Shown in pieces: positions 1 to 9,882 of a stretch of DNA of 64,000 nucleotides. Location: assembly GCA_964400675.1 (NCBI GenBank), contig CAYNVO010000004.1:77723-141722 (forward strand), written 5' to 3'. This DNA is from an uncultured Dehalococcoidales bacterium (GTDB taxonomy: Bacteria; Chloroflexota; Dehalococcoidia; GIF9; UBA5629). The number at the start of each line of letters is the position of its first letter. Positions within the stretch are counted from its first letter, which is position 1. The notes below the pieces were generated by a model, which was not told where the DNA came from, ran no database searches, and saw nothing but the letters and a program-made list of their open reading frames with translations. The translations under genes were made by a program, and so were the position numbers.

Positions 1-13
1 GGATGGCAAGGTT

Positions 14-1423
14 ATGTTTCGCAAAATTATGATTCCCAACCGCGGTGAAATAGCGATCAGGATAATACGTACCTGTAAAGAGATGGGGATAAGCACGGTT
101 GTAGTTTACTCTGACGTTGATGCCGAGTCGCTCCATGTTAAACTTGCTGATGAGGCCTATCATATCGGGCCAGCAGATGCTGCCCAGAGCTACCTGAACA
201 CGGAAAAGCTACTCGAAGTTGCCATGCGGAGCAAAGCCGAGGCTCTTCACCCTGGCTATGGCTTTTTAGCCGAGAATCCTGAATTCGCAGAAATGTGCGA
301 AAAGCATGGAATTGTCTTTATAGGTCCTACCAGCGAATGCATGTATAAAGTCAAGCCAAAGCACAGAGCACGGCAGTTGATGAGGATGCTTAATATACCT
401 GTAGTCCCGGGTTCTGATGAGCCTTTTACGGGCTTATCTAAAGCGAAAATTGCTGAAGTTGAGCAAGCGGCAGAAAGCATTGGCTATCCTGTTATTATCA
501 AGCCCTCTGGTGGTGGTGGCGGTATTGGTATGGTCGTGGCTGGAAACAGAGCGGAGCTGGGAGAAGCTGTGCGTTTTGTGGAGGAGAGAGGCAGAAAAGC
601 TTTCGGTGTACCCTCATTTTATGTTGAGAAACTTCTCACCGGTGTGAAACACATAGAGGTTCAAGTTCTTGCCGATAAGCATGGCAATGTTATTCATCTG
701 GGCGAAAGGGACTGCTCCGTTCAGAGAAGGTTTCAAAAGCTCATAGAGGAAGCGCCGTGCCAGATTTTATCGCCGCACTTGAGAATGAAGATGTATGTAG
801 CCGCACTCGATGTAGCCGTAGCGCTACAGTACATAAATGCCCTGACCGTAGAGTTCTTTTACGTGCCGGACACTCAGGAATTCTACTTTAATGAGGTGAA
901 CTCTCGCTTACAGGTGGAGCACTGCGTAACTGAGCTTGCTTTCAATGTGGATATAGTCAAGGAGCAAATCAGAATTGCTGCTGGAGAGAGGTTGAGTTAT
1001 AACCAAGATGAGGTTGTCCTCACTGCTCCTTCCATAAATTGTCGGATAACAGGGGAGGATGCTTCGCGTAACTTTTTCCCCTGTCCCGGTAAAATAACGA
1101 GCCTGCGACTTCCTCATGGTTTGGGAGTCAGAATTGATGAAGGTGTATATGAGGGATACGAACTTCCCCCTGATTATGACTCTTTGCTGCTTAAGCTAAT
1201 GGTAAGAGGACAGACAAGGGAAGAAGCTATTTTGCGCATGCAGAGAGCTCTTAGCGAGATGAAAATTGAGGGAATAGAGACAATAATTCTGTTTCACCAG
1301 GTGGCGCTGGACGATGAAACATTTAAAGCAGGAAAGCACACAACAGATTTCATCGAAAAACGAGATATTATAAAGAAGGTTCAGGAGAGAGCAAAGATTA
1401 TGCGGCGGTTGGCCAGTCGGTGA
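14..1423 (+). CDS. accC: Biotin carboxylase subunit (acetyl-CoA/pyruvate carboxylase type)
   Basis: NRGEIA, HPGYGFLAENP, GGGGIGM, ERDCSVQRR and RLQVEH motifs of the ATP-grasp biotin carboxylase. Confidence 0.93.
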   Translation: MFRKIMIPNRGEIAIRIIRTCKEMGISTVVVYSDVDAESLHVKLADEAYHIGPADAAQSYLNTEKLLEVAMRSKAEALHPGYGFLAENPEFAEMCEKHGIVFIGPTSECMYKVKPKHRARQLMRMLNIPVVPGSDEPFTGLSKAKIAEVEQAAESIGYPVIIKPSGGGGGIGMVVAGNRAELGEAVRFVEERGRKAFGVPSFYVEKLLTGVKHIEVQVLADKHGNVIHLGERDCSVQRRFQKLIEEAPCQILSPHLRMKMYVAALDVAVALQYINALTVEFFYVPDTQEFYFNEVNSRLQVEHCVTELAFNVDIVKEQIRIAAGERLSYNQDEVVLTAPSINCRITGEDASRNFFPCPGKITSLRLPHGLGVRIDEGVYEGYELPPDYDSLLLKLMVRGQTREEAILRMQRALSEMKIEGIETIILFHQVALDDETFKAGKHTTDFIEKRDIIKKVQERAKIMRRLASR

Positions 1424-1617
1424 GTTGTGGGCCAGCACCAGCATAAAAGATTCGTCACCTTACTAAATACACTGATGGTTCTTTCTCAGAATTAGCTGGT
1501 TAAATTGTTGTCTTAATTACTTTTACGCGGTGATGGAGGCATGGCGAAATATTGGGGGAAGTCGGTATCAGAGGCAGGAGGGAAAGGAGTGCTGGATTTG
1601 TCGTGGCATCAGGCTGT

Positions 1618-2268
1618 TCATTCCAGTGGCATGCGCAGCACCATCTTAGCTAGGTCCCAGCAGTGTTCATATAGATGAAGCCCTTTGCTGAAGGCGATCA
1701 GGTAACCGTCATCTACCCCAATCTCCTTTGACATATGCTCTTTTAAGAGCTGGAGGCCGCCCATGTTTGTAGGGAAACCGCCCCATAAATCCCAGCTCCT
1801 GAAGTAAACAACGAAATTTAGGCGGCCATCCTGAATGCGAGTGTCCACTAACCTCAGGCAAGGAGGGTCTTTCAAGTAAATGCTGTTGCGGTTACCAACC
1901 GTCATGCACATCTGGTTGGTGTCAAAACCTTGCTTATAGCGCCTGGTTACCTCATCAATTTGTTCAGCCAGGTCTTCCCCGTAAGTGTATTCTTCGTTCT
2001 CCTGCTTGGTGGCAGTCATCAGATATGACATGTATTCTTCGATAACTTCGTCTGTTGTAGGTGACGGCACTCCCATAGGTATATCAGGTCTCAATGGTCT
2101 TACCCAGGGAGTGCGGATTATAACTGCGACCAGAGGTATCTCTTTCCGGTGAGTGCCCTCAAAACTACCTTGCTCTATGCGATATGTCCTTCCTTCCAAA
2201 AGAGCTTTCTCAAGACATTGGAACCAGGCATCTCCAATAGTGTATGCTTCAATTGTTGTTAAATTCAT
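1618..2268 (-). CDS. thyA: Thymidylate synthase, short archaeal-like ThyA
   Basis: PPC catalytic Cys, FRSWD..GFPTN motif, LHLY; GGAGG RBS upstream. Confidence 0.85.
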   Translation of the reverse strand: MNLTTIEAYTIGDAWFQCLEKALLEGRTYRIEQGSFEGTHRKEIPLVAVIIRTPWVRPLRPDIPMGVPSPTTDEVIEEYMSYLMTATKQENEEYTYGEDLAEQIDEVTRRYKQGFDTNQMCMTVGNRNSIYLKDPPCLRLVDTRIQDGRLNFVVYFRSWDLWGGFPTNMGGLQLLKEHMSKEIGVDDGYLIAFSKGLHLYEHCWDLAKMVLRMPLE

Positions 2269-2420
2269 TTATTACCTCCAGTCATCTGCAGTTTGTTATC
2301 CAAATACAAGTGTATAAGGCCCAGTATTTTTAAAATTGGCTTAAGAAGGCAGCCGGGGAACCGTGGGATTTATCAAGAAAAACGCAACTCCCTTTACTGC
2401 TCAGAATATCTTTGTAAGGC

Positions 2421-2449
2421 AGATTAGCACGGAGGCGTGTAACTGTCAA
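2421..2449 (-). promoter_or_regulatory. Sigma70-like promoter for thyA
   Basis: Minus strand reads TTGACA-17 nt-TAATCT with TG extension. Confidence 0.55.
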
Positions 2450-2507
2450 TCTCTGACCACGATAGGTTGCCGTAAGAAGTTTTGTTACGAGGTATGACTC
2501 AGGCTGG

Positions 2508-3290
2508 CTAATCTTGGGAGGCGACGAAGTTTTTCAGCGTGCCGATGTTTTCGATTTTTACTTCGACAACGTCGTCCGGGTTCATAGGGCCGATTCCTGA
2601 CGGTGTGCCTGTGGCGATAACATCGCCCGGTAGCAGCGTCATTACACTGGAGATAAAGCTTATCAGTTTGGATATTCCGAAGATGAGGTCGCTGGTGGAA
2701 GCAGACTGGCGGAGTTCGCCGTTGAGGTAGGTTTCAATTTTAAGGTTATCCGGGTTAACTTCAGTCTCTATCCAGGGACCTATCGGGGCGAAAGTGTCAT
2801 AGCCCTTGGCTCTGGTCCACTGGCCATCGGCAGCCTGGGCATGTCGGTCGGAGACATCGTTGAAACAGGTATAGCCGAGCACGTATTCCTTTGCTTCCTC
2901 TTCTGGAACGTCTTTTGCCTTCTTGCCGATTACTACGCCCAGCTCGCCTTCGTAGTCGATGTGTTTCCGCCCGCGGGGCAGAATGATGTTGTCATCAGTG
3001 CCGATGACGGCAGTAGATGGCTTGAGGAAGATGAGCGGTATGGTAGGCACAGGCAGTTTCATTTCCTCGATGTGGCTGCGATAATTGAGCCCGAGGCAAA
3101 CTATCTTGGAAGGAAGACAGGGGGCTAATAGCCTGACCTTATCCGGTGCGTAGTTGCTGCCATCGAGTATAGATGGGCTACTCAGATTCTCAAAATGAGA
3201 AAAGGGGCTACCGCGAAATCCGCTTATGTTATTTTTGGTTAGCAGGCCATATTTGGCTCTACCCCGGGCTACAAAGCTAACGATGCGCAC
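2508..3290 (-). CDS. Fumarylacetoacetate hydrolase family protein
   Basis: KIVCLGLNY, FLKP, DYEGEL, NDVSDR, AKGYDTF and GDVIATGTP motifs. Confidence 0.92.
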   Translation of the reverse strand: MRIVSFVARGRAKYGLLTKNNISGFRGSPFSHFENLSSPSILDGSNYAPDKVRLLAPCLPSKIVCLGLNYRSHIEEMKLPVPTIPLIFLKPSTAVIGTDDNIILPRGRKHIDYEGELGVVIGKKAKDVPEEEAKEYVLGYTCFNDVSDRHAQAADGQWTRAKGYDTFAPIGPWIETEVNPDNLKIETYLNGELRQSASTSDLIFGISKLISFISSVMTLLPGDVIATGTPSGIGPMNPDDVVEVKIENIGTLKNFVASQD

Positions 3291-3311
3291 AGCTGCCCCC
3301 TTATCCGGCCA

Positions 3312-4178
3312 TTACAAATTTGCGGCGTCGAGGATTGCTGGTATTTTAGATTCCAGGCCGATAGCCATGATATGAGTACCTTGGCACATGTCCTTCGTCT
3401 CATTGATGAGGCGGGCAGCTATCTCTATGCCCTTCTGCAATTTATTCTCGGCTTTGTCCATTTCGTCAATAAGCTCGTCCGTGACATGTATGCCGGCTAC
3501 GTTCTTATTCATGAATCTTGCCATAGCTGCTGACCTGAGCACTACTATACCGACAAGGACCGGCACGCCGAATTTTTTAGCCTCCTTCATAAAGGCTTCG
3601 AAAGTTTTGGGCTCGTAGATAGCCTGGGTCTGGAAGAACTGGGCACCCGCCTTTACCTTTTTCTCCATTTTGATAAGCTGTGGTTCCAGAGGGTCAGCTC
3701 CCGGGGTTACACAGGCGCCTAGAAAGAACTTTGGTGTGCCTTTCAGCTCCTTGCCAGCTAAGTCTTTGCCCTGCTCAAGTTGTCGGGCAGCATACAGCAA
3801 GGTGACAGAGTCCAGGTCAAATACCGGTTTAGCTTCAGGGTGGTCTCCCAGTGTAACATAATCTCCAGTGAGACAAAGTACATTCTCAACACCGAGGACA
3901 TAAGCGCTTAGCAGGTCAGATTGGAGAGCGATTCGGTTGCGGTCTCGGCATGTCATCTGGAACACGGGCTCTATGCCTTTTTGCTTAAGCAAAAGGCATG
4001 CAGCCAGTGAGCCGAGCCTCATCACAGCGCTCTGCTGGTCGGTGCAGTTTATGGCATCAACTCTGTCTTTTAGTAAATCGGCATTTTCATTGAACTCGTG
4101 GATGTCCACGCCTTTGGCTGGTCCGATTTCAGCGGTAACCACAAACTTTCCGCTCTTAACTGCTTCACGTAAACTCAT
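3312..4178 (-). CDS. metF: Methylenetetrahydrofolate reductase, flavoprotein subunit
   Basis: TCRDRNRIALQSDL, LTGD, GAQFFQTQ; adjacent to metV. Confidence 0.93.
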   Translation of the reverse strand: MSLREAVKSGKFVVTAEIGPAKGVDIHEFNENADLLKDRVDAINCTDQQSAVMRLGSLAACLLLKQKGIEPVFQMTCRDRNRIALQSDLLSAYVLGVENVLCLTGDYVTLGDHPEAKPVFDLDSVTLLYAARQLEQGKDLAGKELKGTPKFFLGACVTPGADPLEPQLIKMEKKVKAGAQFFQTQAIYEPKTFEAFMKEAKKFGVPVLVGIVVLRSAAMARFMNKNVAGIHVTDELIDEMDKAENKLQKGIEIAARLINETKDMCQGTHIMAIGLESKIPAILDAANL

Positions 4179-4295
4179 GCTGCCGTTTCCTCCTTATAGG
4201 GGCACAGGTAATCATTGTATCTTTAATCTTGCGCCCCTGTGCAATTTACAAATTACAAATACTGGCTCTGGCAAGCCTCCAGTAACCCTTACAAT

Positions 4296-4991
4296 TTATT
4301 TCTTGCCGTGGGCTCCGGTCATTTCTGGCTTTACGTAGGCTTCATTAACCTGGCGGGCCGGATGAGTCTGAGTCCGGTAATTCTTGAGCTTTGTGGGCAT
4401 ATCTCGAATAGTATCAAGCTTATTCTGCTTGCGCAGGCGGTCATAAATTAGTATCCAGGCACAATCTCTTTCGCTGCTGGTCTCGCACTTGCCATCTTTG
4501 CTGCCACCGCATGGGCCGTTGACGAGGCTCTTCGGGCACATAGTCATAGGGCAAATACCACCGTAATCTCCAAGGACGCAATTACCGCAGGCACGGCAAC
4601 GTTCTGACCAGACCCCTTCAGCCTGGGTCACACCGATGAAGCGTGTGTTCAGCGCCGGGATGACTGGTATGGGCTCCACCATGTCAGCTACAAACTGGAC
4701 GCCGGCGCCGCAGGCCATTGATAGAACGGCATCGCATTCCCTGGCCATCTCAATTACTGGTTCGATGTATTCAGCATCGCACTGGCGCTGAATAGTTGCT
4801 TCTTTTATCTTTATGTCTTTGCCGTCAAGTCGGTTTGCCATTCGCAATTCGCTGGCGAGAAGCTCGACCTCCTTTTCACCGCCTGCCATACACACTGCCA
4901 CACACGTGCCACAGCCCAGCACCAGTACCTTTTTGTAGCCTTGAATAGCCTCTTTTATTTCTTCAAATGGTTTTCTCTCTCCGACAATCAT
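4296..4991 (-). CDS. metV: Methylene-THF reductase Fe-S/Zn subunit MetV
   Basis: Cys-rich C-terminus CRACGNC...CPMTMCPKSLVNGPCGG...C...CAW. Confidence 0.88.
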   Translation of the reverse strand: MIVGERKPFEEIKEAIQGYKKVLVLGCGTCVAVCMAGGEKEVELLASELRMANRLDGKDIKIKEATIQRQCDAEYIEPVIEMARECDAVLSMACGAGVQFVADMVEPIPVIPALNTRFIGVTQAEGVWSERCRACGNCVLGDYGGICPMTMCPKSLVNGPCGGSKDGKCETSSERDCAWILIYDRLRKQNKLDTIRDMPTKLKNYRTQTHPARQVNEAYVKPEMTGAHGKK

Positions 4992-5416
4992 TCTGCTTTC
5001 CTCCTCTCCTTCAATGGATTTGGGCCCAGGCGCCGCGCTCTATCAGTCATCTCTTTAGCAGCAGCCACGAACAGCGGGGCGTCAGAGGCGCCCATATTAA
5101 ACATCTCCACTCGTTCCTCCTCCAACCCCACCTCTTTGAGCAGCTTTTTTGCCTGTGCTACTCTTTTTTTTGCTCTCAGATTTCCTTCCAGGAAATGGCA
5201 ATCGCCTTCCTCTCAGCCGGCGACAAAAATAGCATCAGCGCCATCTTCAATAGCCTTGAGCAGGTGTATTGTATCCACCCTGCCAGTGCATTCAACCTTA
5301 ACTATGCGCACGTTGGGGTCGTATTCCATCCGCATTGAGCCTGCCAGATCAGCAGCCGAGTAGGCGCAGTAGTTGCAGCAAAACGCTATAACCTTGGGAC
5401 TGTAAGAGTCACTCAT
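4988..5416 (-). CDS. mvhD: MvhD/FlpD [2Fe-2S] subunit, selenoprotein (in-frame UGA at 5213-5215)
   Basis: FCCNYCAY...CTGRV...VAG(UGA)EEGDCHFLEGN; the frame continues to TGA 4988-4990, overlapping the metV ATG; 142 aa in total. Confidence 0.9.
5180..5196 (-). promoter_or_regulatory. Putative bacterial SECIS hairpin of mvhD
   Basis: ATTTCCT-GGA-AGGAAAT perfect stem with G-containing loop, starting 16 nt 3' of the in-frame UGA. Confidence 0.65.
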
Positions 5417-5434
5417 GATTTGCTACCTCCTTGC

Positions 5435-8400
5435 TCAGACCGAACATATTACAGAACTCTTAGCGGTGATTTGCCTGTCAGCATAGTGTTGTACCTTTAT
5501 AGCCTTACGGGGACATACGCTGGCACAAATACCACATCCCTGGCAGGCCGCAGCTTCTATGTAAGCCACGCCTTCCGCGTTTATCTTTGGCACGCCGAAG
5601 GGGCAGGAACGCACGCAGGTGAGACAGCCAACACAGTTTTCCGGGTCCACTACTGATATAATGCCTCCCACCATAAGATGAGGCTTGGATAAAATGGTAA
5701 CCGCCCTCGAAACGGCACCCTTCGCCTGGACTATTGACTCCGAGATAAATTTGGGAGCATGAGCCAGGCCACACAGGAACATGCCTTCGTTTACAAAATC
5801 GAGCGGGCGTAGTTTCATATGGGCTTCCATGTAAAAGCCATCCTGTGTGAGCGGCAGCTTCAATTTGCTGGCAAACTCCGTAGCATCAGGTTGCGGGCGT
5901 ACGGCGCTGCTCAGGATAAGTAAATCTGGTGCCAGCAAAATGTCCCGGTTCAACACAGTATCAAAGACCGCTACCTTTAGCCTGCCATCTTCTTCATCTA
6001 CAGCGGGCTTCCTGGTGATATCGTACCTGATGAATGTCACCCCCCTGTCCCTGGCTTCGCGATACTTTAGCTCTTTCATGCCGTAGGTGCGTATATCGCG
6101 GTAGAGAATATAGATTTCTGCATCAGGATTGATGTCCTTAATCTTGAGGGCATTCTTGATAGCCTGGCTGCAGCATATACGGCTGCAGTACATGTGGTCT
6201 TCTTCTCTTGAGCCAACGCACTGTATCATGGCGACCGAGTCCAGCTTTTTGGCGTCAAGCTTACCTGATATAAGCATTTCCTCGAACTCGTGCTGGGTCA
6301 ATACACCTTTAGACTCCCCGTATCTATATTCCGCTGGCTTATATTCCGTGGCTCCAGTTGCCAGAATAACCACGCCATGCTGAATTTCTTCGGTCTTTCC
6401 TTCTGAAGTGGTAATCACCGTCTTATAATTACCTACATAGCCGGCGAAGTCCTTAATCGCGGCGCCTTTATATACCTTTACCCGTGGCTCTTTTTCTATC
6501 TGTTCCAGTAGCGAAGCCAGTAATGCCCGCGGGTCAGAGCCCTCCAGGGTATAATAGATATTTTTCAGGTTTCCACCCAGTTCTTTTTCGCGTTCAACGA
6601 GGGCAGCCTCGAATCCCTGTGAAGCCAGCCCCAGTGCAGCGGTCATACCTGCCAGCCCTCCGCCGATGACCAACCCGCTGCGCGTAAGAGGTGCCGGTGA
6701 CATGTGCAACGGCTCAAGAGTTACAGCCCTGGCGACAGCCATTCTAACCAGGTCTTTTGCCTTGTCAGTGGCTTCTTGCGGGTGGGTAGCATGCACCCAT
6801 GAGCACTGGTCCCTGATGTTTGCCATTTCAAAGAGGAATTTGTTCAGTCCTGCCTCACGTATAGTTTCCTGGAAAAGCGGCTCGTGTGTACGTGGGCTGC
6901 AAGATGCTACCACCACGCGGTTGATACCTTTCTCGTTGATGGCGTCGATGATCCTTCTCTGTGTATCGGTGGAACAGGTATAGAGGTTCTCTTCTGCGTG
7001 TACGACGTTGGGCAGAGTGCTGGCGTATTCGGTCAGGGTGGGCACATCAACCACACGCGCAATATTTGAGCCACAGCGGCAGACGAAGACTCCCACGCGG
7101 GGCTCCTGCTCACTGGTATCCATCTCTTGGGGATATTCTTTTTCAGTGACCATTGTGCCACGGGCGGCAGCAATGCCTTCCGATGCTAGGGCAGCAGCGC
7201 TGCTGGCATTCATCACAGATTCGGGTATATCCATTGGTGCTTCAAAAGTACCGGCGACATAGATGCCGGGGCGTGAGGTCATATTCGGCTTTAGCTCGTC
7301 AGTCTTGCAAAAGCCGAACCTGTCAAGGTTTATGGAGAGTCTTTCCGCCAGGTCTTTCGTACTTGGAGAAGGAACCAGTCCCACGGAGAGCACCACCATG
7401 TCAAATTCCTCCTGAACCTTCTGGCCATCCTCGGTGCTGTATTCAAGTAGAAGATTATTGCTCTGCTGCAATTCCTTGACGGCAGATACGATACTCCTGG
7501 CATAACGGACGCCAAAGTTATTTTTTGCCGATTCAAAATATCGTTCAAAGCCCTTGCCGAAAGCTCGCATGTCGTTGTAGAAAATTGTCGGCTGGATATC
7601 GCTGGAGTGCTCCTGGGCGATGATGGCTTCTTTAGTTGCATACATGCAGCATACTGAGGAGCAGTAGTCATGCCCGCATGTCTCGTCTCTCGAGCCGACA
7701 CACTGAATCCAGGCTATTTTCACGGCGTGCCTGCCGTCGGAGGGGCGCAGAACCTGACCCTGGAACGGGCCTGACGCAGAGAGGATGCGCTCGAATTCCA
7801 TGCTGGTGACCACATTTGGCATCCGGCCATAGCCGAATTCCCCTTTAAGTGTAGCATCAAATGGCTCAAAGCCGGGTGCCAGGACAACCGAGCCGACCTC
7901 GATCTCAAGCTCTTCCATTCGCATATTATGGTCAATGGCTTTTGCCTGGCACACTGCAACACACTGGTAGCATTCGCTGCAAATCCCGCAACTAAGACAG
8001 CGCTCAGCCTCTGCCCTGGCTTGCTCCTCAGTGAAATTGAGGGCAACCTCGCTGAAATTTCCGTTTCTCTCCGCAAGGGAAATCGTTGGGATTTCATGTC
8101 GCGGTCGTTTCTCAACTCCCTCGATAGTGGCTTCTGCTTCGGTAAAGATTCGCTCGCGACCGGCCTCCAGGTCTTCTCCCTTCAAATACCTGTCGATGGA
8201 TATAGCGGCTTCTTTTCCGGCAGCGATAGCCTCAATTACATACTTTGGCCCAGTTACCACATCGCCACCGGCAAACACGCCTTGCTTACTGGTAGCCAGC
8301 GTCTTGCTGTTCACCTGAATAACATCTCCCTTGCCAAGATGGATTTTGAAACCCGCGGGAATATCGGTAGCCTGACCTATACTTGATATGATGTTATCGA

Positions 8401-9874
8401 ATTCCATTACGAACTCGCTGCCAGGCACTGGCACGGGACGGCGTCTGCCGCTGGCATCGGGCTCGCCGAGCTCCATCTTTATACATTCTAGTTCCAGACG
8501 CCCGCCTTTCTTTTCACGTATTTCACTGGGCGCCGCCAGAAAGATGATATTTATGCCTTCGTGTAAAGCTGCTTCAACCTCTTCCAGGGCAGCCGGCATC
8601 TCATCACGGGTGCGGCGGTAAATTATAGTGACCTTTTCGGTTCCAGTTCGAAGGGCACTCCGGGCACAGTCTATGGCGGCATTGCCACCGCCGATAACAG
8701 CTATGTTCTTGCCGATTTTTACTTTCTCACCGAGGTTAACCTTTCTTAGAAAAGCCACGCCGTCTATCACGGCCGGATTGTCTTCTCCCTTGACGCCTAT
8801 CTTGACTCCTTTGTGGGCGCCAGTGGCGATGAATACAGCATCATAGCCGCTGCTGAAAAGCTCATCCAGCGAATCGACTCTGTGGCTGGTTTTTATCTCG
8901 ACGCCCATGCCTTCGACTAATTTTATCTCGGCATCGAGGATGTCGCGCGGCAGGCGATAAGCAGGGATGCCGACACGCATCATCCCGCCGGCTTGCGGCA
9001 GAGCTTCGAACACAGTTGGCTGATATCCCCACAAGGCCAGGTAGTGAGCAGTAGTAAGTCCCGCTGGCCCTGACCCTACAACGGCTACTTTCCTGTTATT
9101 GCTCGGCGCCCGCTCGGGTAGGCTTAACTCACCAGCCTGCATCACCTCGTCAGCAGCAAACCTCTTGAGGTGGCATATAGCAAGGGGCTCATCCACTTTT
9201 CCGCGCATACAACTGGTCTCGCAGGGATGAACGCAAACCCTGCCGCATACTGCCGGGAAGGGATTTTCCTCCCTGATAAGGTTCAGTGCCTCACGGTATT
9301 TTCCCTGCGCGATTAGCGCGACATAGCCCTGGACGCTGATATGAGCAGGACAGGCGATGGTACATGGCGAAGTCCCTCTTTTGCTTATTGCCAGGGCGTT
9401 GGGGATGGCCTGAGGGTAACGCTTGTAAATCGCTTTGCGCTTGGCAATGCCCTGCTCAAACTCGCTGGGTAATTGCACCGGGCATACGTCAACACAATCA
9501 CCGCAGGCGCTGCATTTTGCCAGGTCGACAAACCTCGGTCGTTTCAGCACCCTTGCCTTGAAATTGCCCTCTTCTCCTTCTAGAGCCATGAGTTGAGCAT
9601 TGGATATAATTTCTATGTTTAAATGCCTTTCTACCTCTATCAGCTTTGGGGAAATCATGCACATGGAGCAATCGTTTGTGGGGAAGGTCTTGTCGAGCTG
9701 TGCCATCCGTCCGCCGATAGATGTGGTCTCTTCAACCAGATAAACCTTGAAACCTGAATTTGCTAGGTCCAGGGAGGACTGCATGCCGCAGATACCTCCT
9801 CCCACCACCATGACGGCTCCCACTTTTTTACTGTCCTTGCTTCTGGATTTTGCTACCTTTGCCATGTTAAACAT
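5435..9874 (-). CDS. hdrA: Large heterodisulfide reductase A-like flavoprotein (HdrL type: split HdrA modules plus a GltD-like NAD(P)H module and ferredoxin domains)
   Basis: KTFPTNDCSMC, two QCVGSR..CS..CC motifs, CGRVCVHPCE/GSGPAG/GGGNAA/YRRT GltD-like module, several CxxCxxCxxxCP; start taken at 9874, after hdrB. Confidence 0.9.
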   Translation of the reverse strand: MFNMAKVAKSRSKDSKKVGAVMVVGGGICGMQSSLDLANSGFKVYLVEETTSIGGRMAQLDKTFPTNDCSMCMISPKLIEVERHLNIEIISNAQLMALEGEEGNFKARVLKRPRFVDLAKCSACGDCVDVCPVQLPSEFEQGIAKRKAIYKRYPQAIPNALAISKRGTSPCTIACPAHISVQGYVALIAQGKYREALNLIREENPFPAVCGRVCVHPCETSCMRGKVDEPLAICHLKRFAADEVMQAGELSLPERAPSNNRKVAVVGSGPAGLTTAHYLALWGYQPTVFEALPQAGGMMRVGIPAYRLPRDILDAEIKLVEGMGVEIKTSHRVDSLDELFSSGYDAVFIATGAHKGVKIGVKGEDNPAVIDGVAFLRKVNLGEKVKIGKNIAVIGGGNAAIDCARSALRTGTEKVTIIYRRTRDEMPAALEEVEAALHEGINIIFLAAPSEIREKKGGRLELECIKMELGEPDASGRRRPVPVPGSEFVMEFDNIISSIGQATDIPAGFKIHLGKGDVIQVNSKTLATSKQGVFAGGDVVTGPKYVIEAIAAGKEAAISIDRYLKGEDLEAGRERIFTEAEATIEGVEKRPRHEIPTISLAERNGNFSEVALNFTEEQARAEAERCLSCGICSECYQCVAVCQAKAIDHNMRMEELEIEVGSVVLAPGFEPFDATLKGEFGYGRMPNVVTSMEFERILSASGPFQGQVLRPSDGRHAVKIAWIQCVGSRDETCGHDYCSSVCCMYATKEAIIAQEHSSDIQPTIFYNDMRAFGKGFERYFESAKNNFGVRYARSIVSAVKELQQSNNLLLEYSTEDGQKVQEEFDMVVLSVGLVPSPSTKDLAERLSINLDRFGFCKTDELKPNMTSRPGIYVAGTFEAPMDIPESVMNASSAAALASEGIAAARGTMVTEKEYPQEMDTSEQEPRVGVFVCRCGSNIARVVDVPTLTEYASTLPNVVHAEENLYTCSTDTQRRIIDAINEKGINRVVVASCSPRTHEPLFQETIREAGLNKFLFEMANIRDQCSWVHATHPQEATDKAKDLVRMAVARAVTLEPLHMSPAPLTRSGLVIGGGLAGMTAALGLASQGFEAALVEREKELGGNLKNIYYTLEGSDPRALLASLLEQIEKEPRVKVYKGAAIKDFAGYVGNYKTVITTSEGKTEEIQHGVVILATGATEYKPAEYRYGESKGVLTQHEFEEMLISGKLDAKKLDSVAMIQCVGSREEDHMYCSRICCSQAIKNALKIKDINPDAEIYILYRDIRTYGMKELKYREARDRGVTFIRYDITRKPAVDEEDGRLKVAVFDTVLNRDILLAPDLLILSSAVRPQPDATEFASKLKLPLTQDGFYMEAHMKLRPLDFVNEGMFLCGLAHAPKFISESIVQAKGAVSRAVTILSKPHLMVGGIISVVDPENCVGCLTCVRSCPFGVPKINAEGVAYIEAAACQGCGICASVCPRKAIKVQHYADRQITAKSSVICSV

Positions 9875-9882
9875 TGCACCTT

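Noticed and set aside
5213-5416. mvhD as a nonsense pseudogene
   Set aside because: The UGA sits at a conserved Cys column, the downstream frame is intact and a SECIS-like hairpin follows.
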